DNA of 32,000 bases from Acaryochloris marina MBIC11017 (GTDB lineage Bacteria; Cyanobacteriota; Cyanobacteriia; Thermosynechococcales; Thermosynechococcaceae). The stretch is taken from positions 6,471,725 to 6,503,724 of the forward strand of contig NC_009925.1 in the NCBI RefSeq assembly GCF_000018105.1, written 5' to 3'. Positions 25,087 to 32,000 of this stretch are shown piece after piece. The notes beneath the pieces are model-generated. The model searched no databases. It was given only the letters and a program-made list of their open reading frames with translations, and was not told the origin of the DNA. Position numbers and translations under genes: made by a program. Each line of letters opens with the position of its first letter. The first letter of the stretch is position 1.

Positions 25087-26142
25087 TCAGGACGATTCAA
25101 TGGATAAGTCGTAGGTGCAAAACGCGGGCTTCTCCTGCTGGATGATCTTGTGGATAAGGGGTTCAGAGAGAGGCTGTTGGGAACGCAAGCAAACGGAGAA
25201 ATGGAAGGGCTTGCCCCCACCGACGGTGGATTCTTGACCCAGGTGAGTTTCCCCCAGCACTAACCCACGATTAAAGGAATCTTGAATGGAGATCTGCTTT
25301 TGGTCTTCTGGGACAAACTCTTCCAAGGGGAGCCCCGTATATAAATGCAGATAGAGCCGCAGCCCTTTGCGCGTGCCTCGCCATTGATAGAGCTGAATCG
25401 CCTGACGAATCAGGGACCGTTGCCGAGATAGCGGCAATTCGGAGGCCAGCTGCCAGCCCACCCAATGGGACAGAAAGGGAAGTAAGGTTTCAGGGGCTGT
25501 CAGGGGATCGAGATAAGCCCAAAGGGTATCCAGGGTTTGAACGGCTGGTTCAAAGGCCTGCTCAAAAATATGGAGAAAGCGGCCAATAAAATCTACCTCT
25601 TTATAGATGTCGGGTAGGAAGGTGGGATAGAGACTGCGGGGGCGAACAAACAGTAAAAACTCTGCTGTCTCTAAGGTTAAGCCACTGGTCGCTTCGTTCG
25701 TCTCAGCATCAACAGTGCCGAAATACACACAGAGCCGCCCCCGAAAATCTAACCCCTGGGTTTGAATAAAGGCTGGACTAGACTCGGCCTCAAAAAAATC
25801 TTCCGGCAGCTGGAAGTATAAGACCGCTTCCATTTTGCTGCCAGGAGGCAAGGTTTGGCCTTCTTGCCCAATCCGACACCAGTCTAAAGGAAAGGTTCCT
25901 TCTGTCTCTAAGCTGATGCGAAGGGTGCGATCGCAGGTATTCTCCAGCTGCACCACAATTTCGCTAGGTTCCCCCGGATATAGCACCTGTTGACAGAGAT
26001 GGCTCTGTTGCCAAGCAAAAGGAGCTATCTCAGGTGTCACAGACTGTGATGCCGTCCTCACAATGGGTTGGGGCATCGTCGCCGCCACTGACATAGAGGC
26101 CAGTTGCAGTCTTAAGGGCAGTAGATCAGGGGAGGTGGTCAT
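25087..26142 (-). CDS. Baseplate wedge protein, P2 gpI / T4 gp7-like (Afp12/Pvc12 equivalent) with an N-terminal extension
   Basis: 351 aa. The C-terminal part is LPDIYKEVDFIGRFLHIFEQAFEP...LLPFLSHWVGWQL...SLIRQAIQLYQWRGTRKGLRLYLHLYTG. This is the conserved phage tail protein I-type domain seen next to baseplate J in eCIS and P2-like loci. The first 170 aa or so form an extra beta-rich module. Confidence 0.85.
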   Translation of the reverse strand: MTTSPDLLPLRLQLASMSVAATMPQPIVRTASQSVTPEIAPFAWQQSHLCQQVLYPGEPSEIVVQLENTCDRTLRISLETEGTFPLDWCRIGQEGQTLPPGSKMEAVLYFQLPEDFFEAESSPAFIQTQGLDFRGRLCVYFGTVDAETNEATSGLTLETAEFLLFVRPRSLYPTFLPDIYKEVDFIGRFLHIFEQAFEPAVQTLDTLWAYLDPLTAPETLLPFLSHWVGWQLASELPLSRQRSLIRQAIQLYQWRGTRKGLRLYLHLYTGLPLEEFVPEDQKQISIQDSFNRGLVLGETHLGQESTVGGGKPFHFSVCLRSQQPLSEPLIHKIIQQEKPAFCTYDLSIESS

Positions 26143-26172
26143 AGCAGTTACCGGGAAATAAGTTATCTCCTG

Positions 26173-28350
26173 TTACAGCAGACTGATAGCGTGACTAGAG
26201 CGAAGTGGGGCATTCTGCCAGGAGCAGAGCACCCCTAAAGGTCCTGGATCGATCACGGGTTCCTTGGGCAAAATCCGCTGCCAACGAGATTCCTGGCGAC
26301 GGAGTTCAAACAGCTGTACGGTTCCCAAATGACGCACCCCCGGCATGGGCTGAAACAGCGTCACAATATCCGAGGGATACACGGGACGGCCAAAGGGCCA
26401 ACCTCGGCCATCGGGACCGCCGGTAATTGGATTTAGAAACCGATAGAGGGCGACCTGAAGCTGATGTCGCATCTGTGTTTGGGCTTCTGGATTGTTATAG
26501 TTCGGCTCTAGGGCGACCTCTGCCTGAACGGTTACCCCGACATAGTGAGGTTGGTCATAGCGAATGGCCATGCCCAGGAGACGACGGTCATCTAAGTAGT
26601 CACTAATCTGGGTTTCCAGTTGGGGCGTCAAACTCAGAACATCTGGATGAAGCCCTTCGCCCCGCTCAATGGCGTCGGTACTCACCTGGGGAACGATTAG
26701 AAGTCGGACCTGCCCTGGGGTACCCGTTTGATCCGCAGGCAAACAGAGGACACGTGCAACTGCCCCTTGACCTGCCGTTAAGGCTAACGTCTCAAAATCT
26801 TCTTTGGTGACTGCGCGATCGCGAGTCCGCAACATTTGCGGTACGCGAATGACTGCAGCATCCAGGGATTCGGCATCAGTACCGTTCTGGGCAGGCTGAT
26901 GATTGATTACATTAGCGACATAGGGAACCGCCGTTTTCAAAATCCGAATCATCCCGCGTTGCACATTGCCTTTCAGCCCTCCGCCTGTACGATAGGTCGC
27001 CATCCGCAGTTCAGCTCCCTTCGGCGGGACCTTGCCATATTGGCGTTTCAGAGCTTGCTGCTCAGGGGCTAGGGCCACAAGATTGGCATTGGATTGGGCC
27101 ATTCGCTGTTGCGTTTGCACCTTGATTTGAGCGGGTTCTCGAATCAATGGTCCAAACTGTAGCGCCCCCGTCAGGGCATCAATAGTGTAGTGCAGGTCTT
27201 CTGGCCCAGAGTCCGCAAAGTCCGAGACCTCCGTCCAACGCTGGGGAATGCCACCGATAGGGGTCACCAACAGGTATTCCTGGGCTCGGCGAGGCAGAAT
27301 CGGTGCGGATTGGAGTTGAAAGGCTTGTCCAGGCGTGCCATCACTGGTTCCTAAAATTTCATTGTGAATTTGCAAAGATTGCGTCGTATCGACCGTCGCG
27401 CCAATGGCTTGCACCGACACCCCAACAATTTCTGGCGAACAACGATACCCCCATTGGGTGGTTTGTTCCGTTTCATAAATACACCGAATCCAGCGACCTT
27501 GGTAGCTGGCAAAATTTGTCACAGGCCAGTGTTGCGGCAGGTGTAAGATCACATCTGCTCCCTGGAGGGGATTACCATTTTGACGAGTTAACCGGGCAAA
27601 GCTAAAGCCATCCGTATGGTCATCGGCTTCATTTAATAAAATGGGTTGCCAGTAGACACCATTCCAAGCTTGCCACTGGCGGGGTGGACATTCAGGGTTA
27701 ATCCCTGTGGGAGTTGCCGCTTCCCCCTTAAACGTCACGGAGATCACATTTCCTGCCGGTTGCTCTGGCTCAAAGACGAGATAAAAACAATTGCCAGTTT
27801 GAGGTTGAGGATTGAAGCAGCTTAAGGCAGACCCTTGCCATTCTCCATCAGGATTTAGATTCCAGGATTCGGCAAAGCGATCTCGCACGAGCTGCGGTTC
27901 CATTTCAGCCCTATCAGCTGTCAGAAAGTGCCGCAGTTGGGGTTGCCCAATTGTGACAGGGCGATCGGTGCTAAAGACAATCGCTTCTTCCGTTTCCGTC
28001 CGTAGGGTTGCTACTTCCGTATCCATCGGAATCGTGTAGTTTTCCGACAAACCTGCACTGAGGTAGAAGGTCACTGGCGTCTTTGCTGGGGAGGGGGGCT
28101 GCAACCTGACCCCCATTAACTCTAAGAAGGTGACATAGTTGCGACGGGGCACCTGATTAAATCGCAGCAACATTTGGTCCGTTAGCCAGCTAAATAGCTC
28201 GACCAATGTAATTCCTGGGTCGCTGGGGTTATGGTGGGTCCATTCAGGGCAATAGCGAGGGATGCGGAGTAGACATTCTTGCACGAGATCATCGAAACTG
28301 CGGTCATCGAGATCTGACTTGGGTAGCTTGGGTAAGAAATCAAACTCCAT
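26173..28350 (-). CDS. Baseplate J / T4 gp6-like baseplate assembly protein (Afp11/Pvc11 equivalent)
   Basis: 725 aa. The N-terminus LDDRSFDDLVQECLLRIPRYCPEWTHHNPSDPGITLVELFSWLTDQMLLRFNQVP is the characteristic opening of eCIS-type putative baseplate assembly proteins. It lies 7 bp after the gp25-like gene. Confidence 0.9.
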   Translation of the reverse strand: MEFDFLPKLPKSDLDDRSFDDLVQECLLRIPRYCPEWTHHNPSDPGITLVELFSWLTDQMLLRFNQVPRRNYVTFLELMGVRLQPPSPAKTPVTFYLSAGLSENYTIPMDTEVATLRTETEEAIVFSTDRPVTIGQPQLRHFLTADRAEMEPQLVRDRFAESWNLNPDGEWQGSALSCFNPQPQTGNCFYLVFEPEQPAGNVISVTFKGEAATPTGINPECPPRQWQAWNGVYWQPILLNEADDHTDGFSFARLTRQNGNPLQGADVILHLPQHWPVTNFASYQGRWIRCIYETEQTTQWGYRCSPEIVGVSVQAIGATVDTTQSLQIHNEILGTSDGTPGQAFQLQSAPILPRRAQEYLLVTPIGGIPQRWTEVSDFADSGPEDLHYTIDALTGALQFGPLIREPAQIKVQTQQRMAQSNANLVALAPEQQALKRQYGKVPPKGAELRMATYRTGGGLKGNVQRGMIRILKTAVPYVANVINHQPAQNGTDAESLDAAVIRVPQMLRTRDRAVTKEDFETLALTAGQGAVARVLCLPADQTGTPGQVRLLIVPQVSTDAIERGEGLHPDVLSLTPQLETQISDYLDDRRLLGMAIRYDQPHYVGVTVQAEVALEPNYNNPEAQTQMRHQLQVALYRFLNPITGGPDGRGWPFGRPVYPSDIVTLFQPMPGVRHLGTVQLFELRRQESRWQRILPKEPVIDPGPLGVLCSWQNAPLRSSHAISLL

Positions 28351-28357
28351 GTCTTGC

Positions 28358-28762
28358 CTAGGTAATGGGGGTCAGATAAAAGGGATAAACTAAACTCCGG
28401 TAATCGTGGGTCTGTTTAGGATGGTATTCGAGGGTGATATCAACCCGCCCCTCAATGGGGTCTGGTTCTGTATAAACACCATCTAGAACAATGCGGGGTT
28501 CCCACCGTTGCAAGGCTTCTGTGACGTACAATCGAATCAACAAAAGGGTTTGAGTATTCATCGGGGCAAAGGTCAACTCGGAGAGACGGGAACCAAACTC
28601 AGGCCGATAGACCCGCTCCCCCAGTTTGGTCCCCAGAACGATTGCGATAGATTCTTCTATGTTGCGAATGGCGTGGGCACTAAATCGTAAATTCCCCTGG
28701 GTATTCACCCCAATGGGAAACGTCCAACCCGTCCCCAAATGAGCAGCTTGACCGTCCACCAT
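28358..28762 (-). CDS. GPW/gp25-family baseplate wedge protein (Afp9/Pvc9 equivalent)
   Basis: The ATG at 28762 gives MVDGQAAHLGTGWTFPIGV...IEESIAIVLGTKLGERVYRPEFGSRLSELTFAPMN...ALQRWEPRI, the gene-25-like lysozyme-fold signature. The track ORF starts 9 codons earlier on GTG at 28789. Confidence 0.9.
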   Translation of the reverse strand: MVDGQAAHLGTGWTFPIGVNTQGNLRFSAHAIRNIEESIAIVLGTKLGERVYRPEFGSRLSELTFAPMNTQTLLLIRLYVTEALQRWEPRIVLDGVYTEPDPIEGRVDITLEYHPKQTHDYRSLVYPFYLTPIT

Positions 28763-28890
28763 ACCCCTGTCCCATCTAGTAGAGCTCACTATAAGGGCTA
28801 GGTAAAAGAGGGACTATTGGCCAAAAGTCGTACCTATTGGGATGAAGATCACTAAACCTTTGTCATTAGACCTGACCCTAAGCGACTGGC

Positions 28891-28929
28891 AAAGCGATCA
28901 ACCATGTTGGTCTGTGGTTTGATCGCTTT
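28891..28929. promoter_or_regulatory. Inverted repeat AAAGCGATCAA ... TTGATCGCTTT upstream of the baseplate operon
   Basis: The arms are perfect 11-bp sequences (28891-28901 and 28919-28929) separated by 17 nt. The repeat lies about 130-170 bp upstream of the gp25-like start, in the 448-bp divergent spacer shared with ndhM. Confidence 0.4.
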
Positions 28930-29237
28930 ACTTTATCACCAAGAAGGTCTGATGCACCTATTAGCGAGAACTTCGGTATTTTCAACAACAAGACTTTTAA
29001 CGAATGGGTAAAAGTCTAAGCTTAGATCCGTTTAGTCATCTGGCCCCTAAATTATGTTCCAAAGGAACTAATGCTCGATCTTGGTCTACAGCGTGTTCAG
29101 TCTTTCACATCAACAATTAGTATTGGGAACCAACCATCTGGGATGGAAAGGTCAGATATTCCTTAATTCATTGCCCTGAAGTTCCTACCCATGTTTACAA
29201 TAGGTGCATAGAAGATCTAGCGCTGAGACATTAACCC

Positions 29238-29582
29238 ATGCTACTGAAGTCCACGACTCGTCACATCCACATTTACACTGCCGAAGTGGAAAATAACGAG
29301 TTGATTCCTAGCGAAAGTGTCTTAACCCTAGATGTTGACCCCGATAATGAGCTGGTTTGGAGTGAAGATGCCCTCCAGCGAGTATATGCCAAGTTTGATG
29401 AACTAGTTGAAACCTATTCAGGCGAAGATCTAACCGACTATAACCTGCGTCGCATTGGGTCAGATTTAGAACATTATGTGCGATCTCTGTTGCAAAAAGG
29501 TATTGTGGGCTACAATCTCAGCAGCCGCGTGCGCAACTTTAGCATGGGCTTACCCCAAGTAATTGCATCAGAATCTAAATAG
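29238..29582 (+). CDS. ndhM: NAD(P)H-quinone oxidoreductase (NDH-1) subunit M
   Basis: 114 aa with MLLKSTTRHIHIYTAEV...LTLDVDPDNE...DYNLRRIGSDLE...NFSMGLPQ. From memory this matches the conserved cyanobacterial/plastid NdhM sequence pattern. Confidence 0.85.
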   Translation: MLLKSTTRHIHIYTAEVENNELIPSESVLTLDVDPDNELVWSEDALQRVYAKFDELVETYSGEDLTDYNLRRIGSDLEHYVRSLLQKGIVGYNLSSRVRNFSMGLPQVIASESK

Positions 29583-29727
29583 CGAATGGCGGCTTACCAA
29601 GACCACATCCAATTCACCCCCCAAAGGCATGTCGACATGCAGAATCTGAGAGGTTGTTTGAGAAGTTAGGGAAGCTCTCAAGAGAGTAATCTGTCAATGT
29701 AGAAATTTCGACAAGGCCTTGAGAGCA

Positions 29728-29961
29728 ATGCCTACAGCTTACGCTAGCGACCTAACAGCAGAGCAATGGGAATTACTCGAGCCCCTGATTCCCGCTGCTA
29801 AACCTGGAGGTAGACCTCGCACCACTGATATGCTCAGTGTTCTCAATGCCATTTTGTATCTCGTGGTTACGGGTTGTCAGTGGAGACAGCTACCTCATGA
29901 CTTTCCCTGTTGGTCAACGGTCTATAGCTATTTTCGAAGGTGGCGTGATGATGGGACTTGG
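29728..29961 (+). pseudogene. IS5-family (DUF4096-type) transposase, N-terminal fragment only
   Basis: [78 protein letters not shown] is the typical first 80 aa or so of IS5/IS4-type transposases. The DDE part is missing, and the frame runs into the aroH sequence and stops at 30006. Confidence 0.75.
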
Positions 29962-30364
29962 GTCATGGAAAGTGAGGGCAATCCGCGGGGCAACGACAGC
30001 AACTGAGAATTCCGTAGCCGCAATACGGGAAGCCGTGAATGAGCTCATGTTGGCCATTGAGTCAGAGAATTCTCTGGATGTGAATGAAATTATTAGCGTA
30101 ACGTTTTCCGTGACTCGGGATTTAGATGCCATTTTTCCTGCAGCAATCGCTCGCCAGCGTCCCAACTGGGATACAGTCCCTCTCCTAGATGTGCAGCAGA
30201 TGCATGTATCAAGTGATCTGGAATATTGTATCCGCTGTTTGATCCATTTTAATACTGCAGATCCGAACCAGGCGATCCATCATATATATCAAAGAGGGGC
30301 CAGGCATTTACGCCCAGATTGGGGCTTTATCAAAGCAAGAGTTTCCACTTCCTCATCGTTGTAA
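29948..30364 (+). CDS. aroH: Chorismate mutase, AroH (type I) class
   Basis: [28 protein letters not shown]...[19 protein letters not shown]...LRPD matches the AroH pattern (compare B. subtilis MMIRGIRGATTV...). The track ORF from 29837 carries an implausible N-terminal extension over the IS remnant. Candidate starts are ATG 29948 or 29951 (AGGTGG upstream) and GTG 29972. Confidence 0.8.
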   Translation: MMGLGSWKVRAIRGATTATENSVAAIREAVNELMLAIESENSLDVNEIISVTFSVTRDLDAIFPAAIARQRPNWDTVPLLDVQQMHVSSDLEYCIRCLIHFNTADPNQAIHHIYQRGARHLRPDWGFIKARVSTSSSL

Positions 30365-30410
30365 TCCTAGCGCGTCCATTTGGACAATTCACATATAAAT
30401 AGGTGGGCTA

Positions 30411-30902
30411 ATGGCAGAATCTCATCCCGTAGTCAAAGACTTTATGACCCCTGATCCTATTACTATCTCTCCCACGGACTCAATAGAGAGAGTGATCAAG
30501 CTCATAGAGGATCATCGAATCAGTGGAATGCCGGTGGTGGATGCCTCGAATCATGTTGTTGGCATTATCTCAGAAGGCGATTTGCTCGTTAGAGAATCCC
30601 CCATGCAACCTCCTTTGTATATGACATTGCTAGGGAGCGTCATATACTTTGAGTCTCCGAAGCAATTCCATCAGCATATGCAAAAGGCGTTGGGTATGTT
30701 GGTTCAGGACGTTATGACGAGCCAACCGATTACCACTAAGCCAGATATCCCCTTAACGTCTGCAGCCAACTTGATGTTGTCTAAAAAGATCAACCGTTTA
30801 CCAGTGGTTGATAACGACCAATATTTGATAGGCATCATTACACGGCATGATTTAGTGCGCGCATTAAAGCCTGCCGTAACCTATGAATCACTTCCTGATT
30901 GA
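30411..30902 (+). CDS. CBS-pair domain protein
   Basis: 163 aa with two CBS motifs: ISGMPVVDASNHVVGIISEGDLL and INRLPVVDNDQYLIGIITRHDLV. Confidence 0.85.
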   Translation: MAESHPVVKDFMTPDPITISPTDSIERVIKLIEDHRISGMPVVDASNHVVGIISEGDLLVRESPMQPPLYMTLLGSVIYFESPKQFHQHMQKALGMLVQDVMTSQPITTKPDIPLTSAANLMLSKKINRLPVVDNDQYLIGIITRHDLVRALKPAVTYESLPD

Positions 30903-30976
30903 TATGGGCCTTTGATCAACCACCGCAGCCTTCAATAGTGATTTCAATCATAGTGCCTGTCTAGGGGACGCGCCTG

Positions 30977-31756
30977 TTAAGGTCCAAAACCGCCCCAGGA
31001 ATTAAAGTTGTGCGCCGACTGACTGGCCCTCAATACCGACTGAGAGAACAGTTGAAACGCCTTACGAATCTCATTTTGAGAATTGCCGGGCGTCAAGATC
31101 CATTGATCACGCACCCCCATCTCTCGAAACACTCGTTTAAAGTCCGTCTGTCCATCATTGATGCCCATCGCCGCAATAATATGGTCTTCCGTTCTTAGCA
31201 TATCCTCGACCACCCCCTTGACTTCGCGTACCGAGCGCCGAGAATGGGCATCCGCCCCATCCGTAATAATCAGCGACACCGTCCGTGCCGGCACTCCATT
31301 ATCGATAAAAGCTTGGGCCTTCGCCAGCACCGTAGCGAGTAACACCAGGGTTTGGTCATAGAGCGGCGTACCTAGATTCGGATCATAATTGTGTTGATCC
31401 ATCCGAAGCGCTTGGTCAACAGGACAGTAGGGATAAAGCACTGCCCCATTGAGATAGCGGTTGTGAACCAGAATCTGATCTTGTTGCGGGGACATAGCCA
31501 AGGTATCCAGCACCATATTATGCCCCGCTCGGACCACCGCCCCATTGCCCGCAAACCGAATCGACCCCGAATCATCCGGCATAATCGTCACCAGCACCAC
31601 CTCACTGGCCATCACATCATCCACCGGTGTTCCCAGTCCCGCCTGGATTTGCGCCCCAATATCGACAACATTGAGAGCCTGCATCGATGCATTAGAGAGT
31701 ACCCCATCCGCTTGGGCAGATTGGAATAACGTATTTAAATTGGGAACTTGAGACAT
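30977..31756 (-). CDS. von Willebrand factor A-like (MIDAS) domain protein
   Basis: The internal ATG gives MSQVPNLNTLF... and is preceded by AAGGAGGA. The track ORF starts further up on TTG at 31840. DDSGS (a DxSxS MIDAS motif) and LIITDGADA fit a vWA fold. My manual count puts this ATG within 1 nt of the coordinate derived from the track. Confidence 0.65.
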   Translation of the reverse strand: MSQVPNLNTLFQSAQADGVLSNASMQALNVVDIGAQIQAGLGTPVDDVMASEVVLVTIMPDDSGSIRFAGNGAVVRAGHNMVLDTLAMSPQQDQILVHNRYLNGAVLYPYCPVDQALRMDQHNYDPNLGTPLYDQTLVLLATVLAKAQAFIDNGVPARTVSLIITDGADAHSRRSVREVKGVVEDMLRTEDHIIAAMGINDGQTDFKRVFREMGVRDQWILTPGNSQNEIRKAFQLFSQSVLRASQSAHNFNSWGGFGP

Positions 31757-32000
31757 CCCATCCTCCTTGAATAAACCAAAACATTGAAAAAAAAGACAAA
31801 CGTATCCTGTGAAGCGATCACAATCGCTCCCAAACCTCAAAAGAGGCCAAGTGGATTAAAAAAAGATTATTTACGCATTATTGAGAAATGCTAGCAGCCC
31901 ATCCTTACACCTTATGCACACAGTTGATCCTGACCCTTCTGCCTAAAGATGGATTCCAGGCCAAGTTGAGATCGCCTCCGTAGACTGCAGAATCCACCAC

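Noticed and set aside
16501-28789. Interpretation of the gp25/J/gpI cluster as a prophage tail module or as a canonical T6SS
   Set aside because: There are no capsid, terminase, portal, integrase or lysis genes, and HIP1 sites lie inside the genes. A T6SS would have TssE with TssF/TssG/TssK and TssBC/Hcp nearby. The gpI-type domain and the long J-type protein instead point to the eCIS/phage-like lineage.
29627-29640. Perfect 14-bp palindrome GCATGTCGACATGC downstream of ndhM
   Set aside because: There is no loop, so it cannot form a useful RNA hairpin, and no U-tract follows. It is a single occurrence and plausibly chance, or part of the degraded IS flank.
29837-29947. N-terminal 37 codons of the 175-aa track ORF that ends as aroH
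   Set aside because: This part overlaps the IS5-family remnant in another frame and has no AroH similarity, which starts at WKVRAIRG. It is an artefact of taking the longest ORF.
1-32000. Search for tRNA, rRNA, tmRNA, RNase P RNA or riboswitch-like elements
   Set aside because: I saw no T-arm/anticodon-arm-like cloverleaf segments and no conserved rRNA stretches by eye. Without covariance-model tools I cannot exclude small structured RNAs, so none is reported.

Overview
This is a cyanobacterial chromosomal segment: I count at least 11 copies of the HIP1 octamer GCGATCGC, and ndhM is present. No rRNA, tRNA or CRISPR array was found. All homology calls come from reading motifs in the translations; no database search was run.

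Left third (1-11100) is a glycan-metabolism block:
- A minus-strand operon holds three tandem paralogous MurG/UGT-like GT-B glycosyltransferases followed by a GT4 enzyme.
- Two response-regulator genes follow, with no histidine kinase in the window.
- The block ends with an acylphosphatase, a WecB/TagA/CpsF-type transferase and a 1041-aa GH38 alpha-mannosidase.

Middle (11285-17100):
- An IS630-family element has TA target duplication, imperfect inverted repeats, an A7G5 frameshift site and an extra in-frame TGA.
- It abuts an AT-rich, HIP1-free stretch carrying several hypothetical genes, including a lipoprotein and an internally duplicated protein.

Right half (16501-28789) is the most interesting part. 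It is a tightly packed minus-strand operon.
- It opens with the baseplate-wedge core of a contractile injection system: gp25/GPW-like, baseplate-J/gp6-like and P2-gpI/gp7-like genes.
- It continues into genes I cannot place in any described CIS: a 460-aa protein, a two-TM HAMP plus tandem cNMP-binding protein, two paralogous single-pass membrane proteins (WD40 head versus Ig-like repeats with a Pro-rich tail), and a 188-aa protein.
- Sheath, tube, spike, PAAR, ATPase and cap genes are absent from the window.

Right edge: ndhM, an IS5-family transposase remnant abutting aroH (chorismate mutase), a CBS-pair protein and a vWA/MIDAS protein.
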